A stretch of DNA of 64,000 bases from Mytilus californianus (Eukaryota), in the NCBI RefSeq assembly GCF_021869535.1, contig NW_026262676.1, positions 620,001 through 684,000 of the forward strand, in the 5' to 3' direction. The translations under genes were made by a program, and so were the position numbers. The notes under the pieces were generated by a model. It saw only the letters and a list, made by a program, of their open reading frames with translations. It ran no database searches and was not told the origin of the DNA. Positions 50,831 through 62,839 of this stretch are shown here, in pieces (the stretch's first letter is position 1; every line of letters begins with the position of its first letter).

Positions 50831-51443
50831 GAACATCGTACGAGTTGCCCGATGTTTTGAATAAAATAGGCTCTCCAACCCGTTTGCCGTGGGTTGCTAC
50901 CCGTGTCGGTGGTTGACGAGATCCTTGCGGATGAGGGCTGTAGCCAGACTCCTTACGGTCAGAAAATACCCGGACGGACAAGACTATAGTTCAATAAGCT
51001 GCTTTGGCTCCAATATCATCTAAACGGGAGGTCGGATGGACCCGGTTCGATCAATCGGCTGGTCATGTCGAGCCCTTTAGTTAATCCTCAACAATAAGCT
51101 TTCTTGTAACAATTTTCATGATATACACATGTGTTTTAAATAAAGCTATTTATATTTCGGATAACTGAAGAAGGCGATGGCTCATGGGTCAATCAAGTGG
51201 TACGCTTTCTATTTCGCTTGATGGATACGCTCTGCTTGAGTATACCATTCTTGGAACATCTGGTGCTTTCCGCAGTGGATCTTGGGTGCTAATTTTGGGG
51301 ACCAGCTACGTTATACATGTTATACTTGGAGCTCGTTTTCAGCATTAGCACTTGACCCCGGCTCGCCACGGAAACACAGCATCGCCCTTGTAGGCACTCC
51401 GAGGTGGGTGGATGACAAGAATGGTGAATCTTTCTCATTTCCT

Positions 51444-52973
51444 ATGGCACAACAAAACCAACCCTCTAAATCAGCTTTAATACATAAAAAAAGAAAATGT
51501 GATGATTCAGTGCCCTGTCAGGAAGATGACAGTTGGCCCAGATTTATTGTAATAAAAGGAACAGATGAAAAACCAATTTCCAAAATATCTCCCTTTGTGA
51601 TTCACAAACAAATTCAAAGCGTTGCTGGTACTGTAAAAAAAGTTTCAAAAATGAGATCAGGCAATTTGTTGGTTGAATGTTCCAACAAAAGTCAATCAAC
51701 AAATTTACTTACACTGACAACAATTACAAACTTTCCTGTTTCTGCCTCTCCTCACAACAGTTTGAACAGCTGTAAGGGGATCATTCGAGACAGAAGTCAA
51801 TACCTTGGTGACCTTACCGTGGAAGAAATCTGTGAGGAACTTTCAAGCCAAGGTGTAACTGATGTTGTTAGATTTCAAATAAAAAAGAATGGAAATATAA
51901 TCAAATTAAATACATATCTTTTGACATTTAGAAATCCAACTCCTCCTCCATCTATTACTTTAGGTTGCTTCGGAATCAGAGTTGACAGGTTTATCCCTAA
52001 CCCAATTCGATGCTTCACTTGTCAAAAGTTTGGTCATGGAAGCAAACAATGTCGTGGTACGCAGAGATGCTTCAAGTGTTCTGACGAAGGACACGAGGGA
52101 ACAACCTGTAGCTCTGAATCTTCTAAATGCGTAAACTGTGGTGAATCCCATTTTTCATCATCTAGGGACTGCCCTGTTTACCTTAAAGAAAAAAATATTA
52201 TCAAAATTAAAACAGAAAGAAACATCAGTTACCCAGAAGCTAAACAGATAGCTTCTGTTTCGAATGATCTCCTTGTTTCGAACAGACCATCGTACGCCAG
52301 CAAAGTTGTCCGCTCATTCAGTCACGAGCATACACAAACTCGCATGACCTGGCCAATTGATGCTGAGACATTTACAATGCTGCCTGTTGAAACAGAACCT
52401 AACGATAAAATATTAATTCCAAGAAAACCAACACCTTCTAAAACCAGTAATCAGTCAACTCAATCTTCCTTACAGAGCTCAATGTCATCATCTAAAAAAA
52501 ATGAAAAAAAGAAATCAAATAAAAAAGATACAGTAAAATCAGACAGTTGGGGCGGTGAATCTGTCTGGGATCTTCCCAGTGACATAGATGATTCTTCCAT
52601 CTCCAATAGTCCTCCTTCATCTGCATCTAATAAAACTAGTTTATCTTCTGCATCTAGTTCAAAGTCTTCTAAAGCCCCGTCTCCTCTTCGTTCTCCAGAA
52701 CAGAAGGATGTCCCAAAGAAGCCAGCAAATACATCCTCTCAGAAGTCTTCTGATTCGAGGTCGCGGGGTAGGGGTCGAGGCGGAGTAAAACCAGCTGCGC
52801 ATGGTCCTGGAGATCGACGACTCTCCTCACACAACAGATTTTCAACACTTAACGACGAATCAGAAATGGAAATCGAAAGTGTTCCGCCACCCGAAAGATT
52901 ACAATCTCAGGGTGAGCGAAATAAGAATGCTGGCAAACTCGATAGCATTCGCCCGTCTATTAACAAATCATGA
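51444..52973 (+). CDS. LINE ORF1 gag-like nucleic-acid-binding protein (509 aa, intact)
   Basis: PRFIVI...SPFVIHK...RSGNLLVEC N-terminal region, three zinc knuckles (CFTCQKFGHGSKQC, CFKCSDEGHEGTTC, CVNCGESHFSSSRDC) and a Ser/Lys-rich tail. The TGA overlaps the ORF2 ATG (ATGA). Confidence 0.9.
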   Translation: MAQQNQPSKSALIHKKRKCDDSVPCQEDDSWPRFIVIKGTDEKPISKISPFVIHKQIQSVAGTVKKVSKMRSGNLLVECSNKSQSTNLLTLTTITNFPVSASPHNSLNSCKGIIRDRSQYLGDLTVEEICEELSSQGVTDVVRFQIKKNGNIIKLNTYLLTFRNPTPPPSITLGCFGIRVDRFIPNPIRCFTCQKFGHGSKQCRGTQRCFKCSDEGHEGTTCSSESSKCVNCGESHFSSSRDCPVYLKEKNIIKIKTERNISYPEAKQIASVSNDLLVSNRPSYASKVVRSFSHEHTQTRMTWPIDAETFTMLPVETEPNDKILIPRKPTPSKTSNQSTQSSLQSSMSSSKKNEKKKSNKKDTVKSDSWGGESVWDLPSDIDDSSISNSPPSSASNKTSLSSASSSKSSKAPSPLRSPEQKDVPKKPANTSSQKSSDSRSRGRGRGGVKPAAHGPGDRRLSSHNRFSTLNDESEMEIESVPPPERLQSQGERNKNAGKLDSIRPSINKS

Positions 52974-53017
52974 CTAATATCATCCAATGGAATTGCCGAG
53001 GTCTTAAAATAAAATAA
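52970..53017 (+). pseudogene. ORF2 stub (start of the APE endonuclease)
   Basis: MTNIIQWNCRGLK is the canonical APE N-terminal WN(C/V)RG motif, followed at once by a stop. Confidence 0.85.
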
Positions 53018-54836
53018 ATTATTTCATGAATAAAATGCGGCGTAAAGCAAACAACAATCAATCAATCAATCTTTTAAAAAATGAAGTAGAACCACAATGT
53101 ATACCTTGTAACTGCAAGTATACTATTAAACATGTTTTAATCAATTGTATTGACTTTGCTGATATTCGGAAGAAGCATTTCAATGTCAATAATATGTATG
53201 ATTTATTTAATAATATTCCATTTACAAATATTGTTTCATTCTTAAAAGAAATTGGAATATATTATAAAATATAAAAATGTTGTTATATTTAAAACGATTT
53301 TAATTTTTATCACGTTATCTTAGTGTTGATTTTTATTTGTAAATAATCAATTTGCTTTAGTCTAGAATTTTAGTTTATTGAAAGACCTTTTGTCTGATTT
53401 TAAAAATATACCTTAAATTGTTATAATATTCGAATTAGCTCTCGCCGCGATATAGCCTTTCTGTGCTAATGCGGCGTAAAGCAAACAACAATCAATCAAT
53501 CAATCATGTACTAAATGTATGCAGATCTGTGAAAGTTTGACACATATAAATACATGTATGGTGCTCAACCTTCATATATAAAATTTCATTAACACCTGTT
53601 CAATGATTTAGAATGAGTTGTGCATACAAGGTACATGGACATATGGACAGATTAAGTGACTTGGAAATACCTATACATCAAGGTGGTCTCCCTTTAGAGT
53701 AAGAAATAAAGGACGGATGTAATAAAATAGATTTTTTTTTGTTGACAAACAAAATTTGTGAGAAACTGAAATATTTCATCCAAATAATTTTCAATTAAAA
53801 CATCTATTTAATTTATTTATTTCTTTACCTACACAGGTTTAGATTTTTTTACCTGTTTAGGTAAAGATTTCATACCAAATGGCTTAAATATAAGACAACA
53901 ATATGGCTATGTTGCATTTAGGGCAATTCCATATTGTTTCATCAGATGAATGGTTTTAATAAAATTTGACTGTCACAATTACAGCAGCTGAAGCAGAAAA
54001 CAAATAAACTGTAACCAAATAAAAGAATCTGCCATGATATAAAATATAAGAATGGTCAAAGTTCTTATTTCATTTACCTATTTAAGTAAAGACTTCTTTC
54101 TTTTTCAAGTAAATTTAACATGTGTTTATTTTTTCTCTCTAGTCAGTTAAAGATATTGCAGTTTCTTCAATTTTCATACTGATATTCTGATAACACCCAT
54201 ATTCTTGCTACGATATCTGTACATTCATCATGGCAAACTCAAACACAATGTCTTTCTTGATTAAAAATAAACCTTGTATCATTTTATTGTACATGTACTA
54301 AATGTATGCAGATCTGTGAAGTTTGACCCATATAAATACATGTATGGTGCTAAACTTTCATATATAAAATTTCATTGAAACCCATTCAATGATTTGTAAT
54401 TTTTTTTACTGATTTCTATCACTGGGATCACCTCTGGCCGCTGTAAAATGCATTTTTGATGCTATCTGTGGGAAATTTAAGTTTGCATTGTTGAAAATGT
54501 ATTTATCAAAGTTAGTCTGTATGTTAGGTGTAGATGCTCAAACATGATGTTACATCAATGTTTTTATGTCAACTTCTGCGAAAACAAAGGGATACATATA
54601 TGATTAGGGAGAGAAACAGGTACATGTAGTTTTCATTCTTTCTGTAACTGAAAATCTTCCTCATAAAAAAGAGCACCTCAAATGAAGAGTTTTATGAACC
54701 AAAGTTGATGTATCTATTACACCTATTAAAAATGTGATATTAAGATATGATATTAAAGTAGTCTTCTACCAAAACAAAATTTTATGTACTAACATAATGA
54801 AGGTACTAAAAAAAATTAGATTTTTAAATATAATTA

Positions 54837-55065
54837 AGAAGATGTGGTATGAGTACCAATGAGACAACTCTCCATTTAAGTCACAATGTATTTAAAGTTA
54901 ACAATTATAAGTCAAAGTACGGCCTTCAACACAGAGCCTTAGCTCACACTGAACAGCAAGCCATAAAGGGCCCCCAAAATGACCAGTGTAACACAATTCA
55001 AACATGAAAACCAACAGTATAATATATTTACAAAACGAGAAACGAAAAACGTCTATGAAACATAG
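54837..55065. repeat. Family B repeat cut by a hAT-like terminus
   Basis: Family B motif, then CAGTGTTCTAGC...CAGGGCGCAGCGCCC starting at 55066. Confidence 0.65.
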
Positions 55066-56423
55066 CAGTGTTCTAGCTACAAAGTTTAAACAGGGCGCAG
55101 CGCCCGCCCTTTTTTTATTGACGCCCCTGCCTTTTTTCTGCTGTTTCCGGGGCGCCCTGCCGTTTTTATCGCGAAAAAATCGGCATTTTTCTGCCTTTGA
55201 AATACATGTGTACCGGCAAATTCATAATTCTTCTATGAACAGGAAGTTAAGCTAGCTGTGAAAACTGTCAAATTAAGTGACCCATTAAGTGCATGGCTTC
55301 ACCTGACAGCTTTGGTGTCAAACACATCGTTAATTAACACCAATTACCTAAGCTTTAGGTGATAAATAATTTGTGTATTTCGAAAATGTTTGACAAAAAA
55401 AATTTAGTTACTTCCCCTGTTTTATCACCTTTCACAATATACTCCTTAAGTTTATGATCATTTAGGTAAAAAGATTTAATCTTAAACAAATTGGATGCAA
55501 ATGCATATCAGAATATTACTTTTAATTATTTTTTACCTGAACATGCTGAAAACACTATAAAAATTAATAAATGTGTATAAGTGGAAGATAAAATGAAAGT
55601 CTCGGTTCTTTACAACAGGTGTTGGCGTAAGGCAAGGGGATGTTTTGAGTCCCAATTTATTGAAGTCTATATATGGAGTATGTAGGTGAAAAATTATTGT
55701 AATATATATCTTGGATACAGATAATAAAACTGTAGTTAAGAGTTGGATTATGGAAGGGAAAGTTGGTCGTAATACTTAATACTGATCAAAGGTGGTACAA
55801 ATGTACACATTCAAAATTAGTAAGACGAGAAATTAAGATATAACAAAATATGATAACATGAAATTACAGATACTGTATATACATTACAAATTGTGTATAA
55901 AAACCAACTTAACACACAAATAAAGATTTGAGAGTACTCGCAGTTAAAAGCCAAAAACAATCAACAAAAAAAAATCATATATCAGAGACTAAAATCAATC
56001 AAAACACATCCCAGGGATTTAGTATTTTAACACCATGGACAATCAAATAAAACATGATTTGTGCAATACTACCAAAAAATGTATATTAAAGTATCAACAG
56101 GTAAAATGTAGTAAGATCTTTATGATAATTCTTTTGGTTGCTTTAATATCTCCGGTCAATAATCAAACGGTATTTAAGTGGAAATACTAACCTGTCTCGA
56201 ACCGGGAGATGTTGGCTGCAATAAGAATTTATTTACAAAAAAAAGTTCATATATCTCAGCCGTTATTGATTGTAAATTCATGATGTTTTGTTTTTGACAT
56301 TTGTCTACCGTGGAAGAAAAAAAGGAAAGGAGGGCTAATAGCTTAACTTACGACTTCGACCATGGTTCAACTGTATTACAGTATATGTTTTACCTCAATC
56401 AAACGCTCTGCCTTATTGTAATA

Positions 56424-58028
56424 AAATGCTCCGCTGGGCGCAGCTTGATACGACCGCAGAGGTTGAACCCTGAACAGTTGGGGCAAGTATGGACACAACA
56501 TTCAAGCTTGATACAGCACTGAATTTGGATTGTGATTAAATATTTGACACAGCATAGTTTTCTGACACAGAATGAATGTGGTCTAAGAACTTAAATTTTT
56601 TTAATTTACCTATTCAACCCATATCATTATTGTTTGCTTTTATATAATGATATAAATATAAATCAGAAATAACCAATTTAAAATGGAAAATTCTAAAGAA
56701 AAAAAAAAAAACCTCCGCTAAATTTTTTAAACCCCCTTATGATTCATCACCCCCAAACTCAATCCCAGCCTTCCTTTTGTGGTATGGTACCTTGCAGTAC
56801 AATTTCAGAGAGATCCATACACTTGAACACAAGTTATTGTCTGGTAACTAGAAAAATGCTTGTTTTTAGGCCCCTTTTTGGCCCCAAATTCCTAAACGTT
56901 TAGGGCAATTACCCCCAAACTCAAACCCAGCTTTCCTTTTCAGATATGGAACCTTGCAGTACAATTTCATAAAGATCCATACACTTACACACAAGTTATT
57001 GTCCTGAAACTAGAAAAATGCTTGTTTTTTGCTCTTTTTTGCCCCTAGTTCCAAAAATATTGAGGCAATTACCCCCAAAATCAATCCCAGCCTTTCCTAT
57101 GTGGTATGGTACCTTGCAGTACAATTTCAGAGAGATCCATACACTTGAACACAAGTTATTGTCTGGAAACTAGAAAAATGCTTGTTTTTAGGCCCCTTTT
57201 TGACCCCAAATTCCTAAACGTTTAGGGCAATTACCCCCAAACTCAAACCCAGCTTTCCTTTTGAGATATGGAACCTTGTAGTTCAATTTCATAAAGATCC
57301 ACACACTTACAATTAAGTTATTGTCCTGAAACTAGAAAAATGCTTGTCTTTTGCCCCTTTTTGGCCCCTTCTCCTAAAATTTTGAGGCAATTACCCCCAA
57401 AATCAATCCCAGCCTTCCCTTTGTGGTATAGTACCTTGAAGTACAATTTCAGAGAGATCCATACACTTGAACACAAGTTATTGTCTGGAAACTAGAAAAA
57501 TGCCATTTTTGGCCCCTTATTCCTAAACGTTTTGGACAATTACCCCCAAACTCAATTCCAGCTTTCCCTTTGTGATATGGAACCGTGTAGTTCAATTTCA
57601 GAAAGATCCATACACTTACACACAAGTTATTATCATGAAACTAGAAAAATGCTTGTTTTTTGCCCCTAATTCCTAAAATTTTGAGGCAATTACCCCCAAA
57701 ATCAATCCCAGCATTCCCTTTGTGATATGGAAACTTGTGGTACAATGTCAGAGAGATCCATACACTAACACACAAGTTATGTCTGGAAGTTACAAAAATG
57801 CTTATTTTTGGCCCCTAATTCCTTAACTGTTGGTACCATAACCCCAAAATCAATCCCAACCTTCCTTTTGTGGTATTATTGAACCTTATGGTAAAATTTC
57901 ATGGAGATCCATTCACTTAAACTAAAGTTAGAGTGCGAAAACCAATGTGTCTTCGGACGAAGACGACGACGCCAACGTCATACCAATATACGACCAAAAA
58001 ATTTTTAATTTTTGCAGTCGTATAAAAA
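56424..58028 (+). mobile_element. pearl/HINE element with an internal 148-161-bp tandem array (~8 units)
   Basis: Units (ACCCCCAAA(C/A)TCAA) at about 56750, 56911, 57071, 57232, 57393, 57541, 57691 and 57841. (GAC)n microsatellite. ATACGACC...GTCGTAT hairpin. A-run end. Confidence 0.8.
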
Positions 58029-58070
58029 GTGTCACTCTAAAATTGTAATCATTTGCTTCAGGTTGATCCA

Positions 58071-58111
58071 CTCGTCGTGAATATGCATGACATATTTGCC
58101 ACTGGACATTA
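58071..58111 (+). mobile_element. SINE family A 3' fragment
   Basis: CTCGTCGTGAATATGCATGACATATTTGCCACTGGAC. Confidence 0.7.
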
Positions 58112-59465
58112 ATGGAGCAACTAATTTATCAGCTTCATTTAGTGATGTATAATCATTTGTCTTCAGTTGATAATTGTCTCTAACAGTTTTCCTAATTTTA
58201 TATATTTCAATTTTATTTACATTTGCATTTTTAAGCATAAATCTTAGCATTTCTTACACCATTTTTCTCTTTGCATTTAATCTCTTTTTTAACATTAAAA
58301 AACGTTGTCGTAGTACACATCAGGGGTTACATTGTATCCTTTCCAGCAAAACTAATAGGAGAGGGGATTAGAACAGAAAAACAATCTTTATTAAGAGGCA
58401 ATAACTCTTATATTGAAGCGCACAATGACGACTGTCTCGTCTAGGTAACAACATTTGCTTTTTAAAGTTTATTTATAACTAAGACTGGTACAATGTATAA
58501 TAGTTGACATAAAAGCAAAAACGGATAAAAAAAAATGTTGACATTAATTTATATAAGGATTCAACTTATTTTGAGCGTTTCATTTATTTATTTTTTTTAG
58601 ATATTGTCTTGCTAATCGGTTTTGTTAAATTTTTTCATCTACAATTGTCCTGGCAAAAGTGGCAAAAAAATGTGTTAAAATCAGCCATGCGACTTATTTG
58701 AAAAGATTTAGCCGATCGTTCTTGTTGTTTACACATTTCACAATCATTCAACTCGTGCGTATAAACGTATAGATAGCGTGAAATTCCCACTTCACCAGTC
58801 ATCGGAAATACATTCCTATTTCGATCAGACAAAGCTGCACATTTATATATCCGATAAGCCAAACGAACGCACCCAAGGCAAGGGTATACTGTGGGACGGG
58901 AGAGGTCCAGACATGTCAATATGTCTATACCCAAGTGAAAGGATATAAAGGTATACATTAATGGGACAGCAACCCAAAGACACAGACAAATCAAAACATT
59001 AAGATTCAACATTCAGTTTTTTAGAAAGATGCGTATACAGAATAAAAAGCTCAAAACCGCCCCATGACTAAATAATAGTTATACGGAGTTAATTGAATAA
59101 TATTTACCGTCAAATATGATATATCCCAAAAGGCACATTTGATTTAATATTATTTACCATCAAAGGTATCCCAACAATCACAAGAAGTGTTTGGTTGAAA
59201 AATTTCACCTCCCCAATTTTAATTTTGATCGGTGAAAATTTAAGAAGTTGTACTATAAACCAGTAGAAGTAAAACACTTCACTGTATAATATTACGGTAA
59301 GTTAATGATGATAATGGATGACGACCAGCAGTAAATAAAATGAATATTCAGGACAATAACATGTAAATATGATATGAGTATTAACCCCGCTTTTTACTAG
59401 ACTGACACGCTGAGTCGTTTTTTTTAACGTGTAATTTTACAAGATATTAGTTCACAGTAAGAAAA

Positions 59466-59656
59466 GTCACCTGACCCGTACACATTTCCGACTCTCAGCC
59501 GACCAGTCTGTGGGCTTACTCTATGATGTCAGGTGTTTAGCGTTGAAATAGCAAATACCAATTTTAACGTCTTTGTTTGGCCCGGTCGGGATTCGAACAA
59601 ACGACCTCCGGCTCTCGAGGCGAACACCCTCACACAAGACCAACCAGGAGAGCGGT
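59466..59656 (-). mobile_element. tRNA-derived SINE (Meta/MESC-like core), 3'-truncated
   Basis: B box GTTCGAATCC (reverse at 59589-59598) in a degenerate tRNA-like head, followed by AAACAAAGACGTTAAAATTGGTATTTGCT. Confidence 0.75.
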
Positions 59657-59884
59657 AGTACAGAATATAATACCAAAACAAAATCAAGTGCAATAAACAA
59701 AAGAGTTTCACAGAATTCTGACAGTAACTAAAGCGAGTATCTAACCTAAATTGGATGCGTGAAATGATATTTCAAACTACACGTAAACATCGATGATCGA
59801 CTTCAGAGAAGATTTCATGGATCAACGCTCTCTGCAAATTAAAAACTCTTGCACCAATTTTTTGAGTGATCCGAATGTGGCCAG

Positions 59885-60077
59885 CTGTTGCAAGTCTAAA
59901 TTTTTGTCCTCATTCAATATACCCTCATTTTCTAGTGGTATTTTAAAGTTTCACGTCCAACCTCACTGTTGACCTCCCATTGCACGACCTACCCATTGTA
60001 TTTAAATCTATTTGTTATAGTGATGAACATGCATGAAATATTTGCCACAGGACGTAAAGCAAACAAAAATCAATCAA
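59885..60077 (+). mobile_element. Old diverged 3' half of SINE family A
   Basis: CTGTTGCAAGTCTAAATTTTTGTCC...GCCACAGGACGTAAAGCAAACAAAAATCAATC. Confidence 0.8.
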
Positions 60078-60221
60078 CTTCATAAATTGTTCCGATTGCT
60101 CCTCACATAAAGGGCTGTTCAAATCCCCTCGCCCTTGGGGCTCTGGGATCTGAACATCCCTTTTTGTTCGGAAGTCTTTTAATATCAATATTAACTTATC
60201 ATTGAACTTTTACTATTACCA

Positions 60222-60945
60222 ACAGGATTAGGTTTTTTACCTGTTTAGGTAAAGATTTCATACAAAATGGCAAGACAACAATATGGGTATGGGTATGTAG
60301 AATTTAGGGCAATAGACTATTTTCATATTACCGACTTTTGACTCCGGATTATATAATTTGTCGACTGGTTACCTTGGACATCATGGTGCTCGGTCAAGTA
60401 AGAGCAACCAAAATAAGTAAAATCAAACATATAATCGGTGTAATTTGAGGGGAAAGTTTACTGTTTTCCGATGATTTTGTAGTGAAAAAAAAATGTTAAG
60501 CAGGTAATTTTCCCCCAAAATTGTACCGATTGAAAGCTTGGTTTTACTTCTTCAGCTTGCTCTTACCTGACTTGGTACCATGATGTCCAAGGTAACCAGT
60601 CGACAAATTATATAATCCGGAGTCAAAAGTCAGTAATATGAAAATAGTTTATTTCATATTGTTTCATCAGATGAATGCTTTTAATAAAATTTGACTGTCA
60701 CATTAACAGCGGCTGAAGCAGAATACAAATCTAATCTGAATAAACCAAATAAATGAAACTGCAATGATATAAGATTAGAATATTTGGCAAAGTTCTTATT
60801 TCATTTACCTATTTAAGTAAAGACTTCTTCCTTTTTCAAGTAAATTTAACATGTGTTTATTTTCTTTCTCTAGTCAGGCAAAGATATTGCAGTTTCTTCA
60901 ATTTTCATACTGACACTGACTAAAACCATCCACATTCTTGCTACA
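60222..60945. repeat. Diverged dispersed partial monomer of the 795-bp repeat, split by a MITE
   Basis: TTTTTTACCTGTTTAGGTAAAGATTTCATAC...TTTAGGGCAA on one side; CATATTGTTTCATCAGATGAATG...TTTCATACTGA on the other. Confidence 0.85.
60315..60649. mobile_element. ~335-bp fold-back MITE with a TA duplication
   Basis: The first ~75 bp are a near-perfect inverted repeat of the last ~75 bp, with imperfect pairing further in. TA at 60313-60314 and 60650-60651. Confidence 0.85.
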
Positions 60946-61063
60946 TTGTAGCATACATGTATCTATGTTTTTTCCTAAAAACATATTCTGATTCCCAATT
61001 TGATGAAAAAAAATATTCTGTTCAAGCAGATGAAAAAAAAAACAAAAATATGTGGCCCCCTCC

Positions 61064-61198
61064 TAGTCCAAATAATTATGACGTCTTGAAAGGCTATTAA
61101 TTATTATATTTTTTTCTTTGACGCCTTACATCGTCGCAGGAAGGCGTCAAAGCAAAAATTTAAAATAGCCTTCCAAGACGTCATAATTATTTGGACTA
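61064..61198. mobile_element. Palindromic MITE with TAG termini
   Basis: TAGTCCAAATAATTATGACGTCTTGAAAGGCTATT and AATAGCCTTCCAAGACGTCATAATTATTTGGACTA; inner TTTGACGCCTT and AAGGCGTCAAA. Confidence 0.85.
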
Positions 61199-62265
61199 GC
61201 CCCCTCTCCCTTATTGGAAAGTAGATCTGACCATGACAAAACATTTTCAATTTGTACTTGCTCAGTTCAGTAGGCTCTATGTTTACCCATTGAAAATGTT
61301 AAGTCGAAATACGACCGCATTCTTATTAATTTATTCCTCGGGCCTCGGCTGGGATCGATTCTCCACGGAGTTTTTTTTTCATAAAATTCAATTGTATCTA
61401 CGTCTCTGAACTTAATGGTCCCAAAACCTAAATCTTATAAGACTGACAGAGTTATCTTCCACAATTCACTATTTTATTTTTGTTTACGCATACACGTAAA
61501 CTTCTTAAAATGGCTCAACTTTTGAAGCCACGTGCGCCACTTGAAATGCTTCGTGCCCCTTTCTAAAAGTTGGAAATAACAACGCAGAAAAGTTCGAAAA
61601 TCACGGTAAAAATATACCCTATCACTGGATAAATTGTGTGTGTCACAGTTGGCCAATCGTAGTTGGCTTATAATGACACTATTTTTACCTGGAAATCGAT
61701 AAATACTAAATATTCACCTGTTTTCGTTGATCTCTGACCCGCACAATCACGCGACCATCAACTGAACAATGTACAAAAGCATCATGGGATAGCGTTCTCG
61801 TGTCATACGGCGGTAAATTCAAAAATATTACCGATCTCGAAAATGCATTAAAATACAGATTACGCGTAACCGTAAATTTTCTTTACGGAAATAGGTAAAT
61901 AAAATTTACTTCTGCCAGTGAGACCCCAGACTGTCTGTGGAAAGATCTTAAGTTATTCTTCTGATGATTAACAGATTATTATATATTTATTTTGTTTTTC
62001 AAGATGTCGCTTTGGTATATGATATCGCATAGTTTATGCACTTTATCCATTTACCCTATGAAGCTGTTCTATTTTCATTGTAAGAGTAACCTCCCCAATC
62101 ACTGTTATGATTGTTTCCACATCTCCTTAAGCATAAAAGAAAGAGTGAATTTCCCCCCCCCCCCTCCCCCAAAAAAAAAATTGCTCTTTATGTCATGATG
62201 TCATGTATAATTTTGACAGAAGCTATCCGGAGACTCCATATGAGAGTTATTACCCCTTTTGTTTT

Positions 62266-62696
62266 TGATTGTTTGATTGATTGTTGGTTGCTTAATGTCC
62301 AGTGGCAAATATTTCATGCATATTCAGGACGAGAACAAATTAACAATAAATACAATAGGTAGGTTCTGTAATGTAGGCCATCTGGGAAGAAGGTCGGGGA
62401 AATTTAGACTATCGCTGGAAAATGAGGGTAAATTGGATAGGGACAGCAATTTTGCCTTGCAACAGGTCACCTACGGATCCCTCAAAGAGTTGTTGCAAGG
62501 GTTCTTAACGTGCCGAGAGCGTGGCATTCTCTCTACACGAAGCATCGGATTTAACGTCCCCCTTCTGAACGGACGTGGCTGCGTACTTGTACATCCCGCA
62601 CAGCCAAACGGACGCCCCACTTTAGCGAGGGTTTTACCGCCGGTCGGAGGAAGACCAATGGTGACCATATTTCTATTCCCCAGTCACCCTTGGGGG
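62266..62696 (-). mobile_element. SINE-like family A, copy 10
   Basis: Near-perfect TSD CTTTTGT(T/A)TTTGA at 62256-62268 and 62698-62710. Confidence 0.93.
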
Positions 62697-62839
62697 TCTT
62701 TTGTATTTGACATACAGGACATATATGTGTAACTCATCAACTAAACGAGATAGAGACTAAGGGTCTTTCGATTTGAGATCCTCCGACCCTACCATGAAAA
62801 TTGAGGCCAAGGTCATATTCTAAATTTTGCTATTTGAGT

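Larger units (their letters stand above)
50685..53504 (+). mobile_element. I-group (Nimb/I-like) non-LTR retrotransposon composite lacking RT
   Basis: TSD CATGTACTAAATG at 50672-50684 and 53505-53517. Contains a structured 5' end, ORF1, a 15-codon ORF2 stub, an internal tail (53033-53071), an ORF2 3' fragment and a terminal (AATC)n. Confidence 0.92.
46405..54385. repeat. ~795-bp tandem array, ~6.5 units, interrupted by a LINE
   Basis: Unit starts (TGTAACCAAATAAAAGAA) at 46405, 47195, 47994, 48791, 49593, 50387 and 54010. Confidence 0.97.

Noticed and set aside
59560-59656. Possible tRNA gene
   Set aside because: The A box and acceptor stem are degenerate and the sequence continues into a SINE core.
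183-62732. Recurrent ORF-track peptides (MDRDRNLALQQ..., MVTIGLPPTGSK...)
   Set aside because: They are incidental frames of SINE A copies on both strands, with variable starts and stops and no domain signature.
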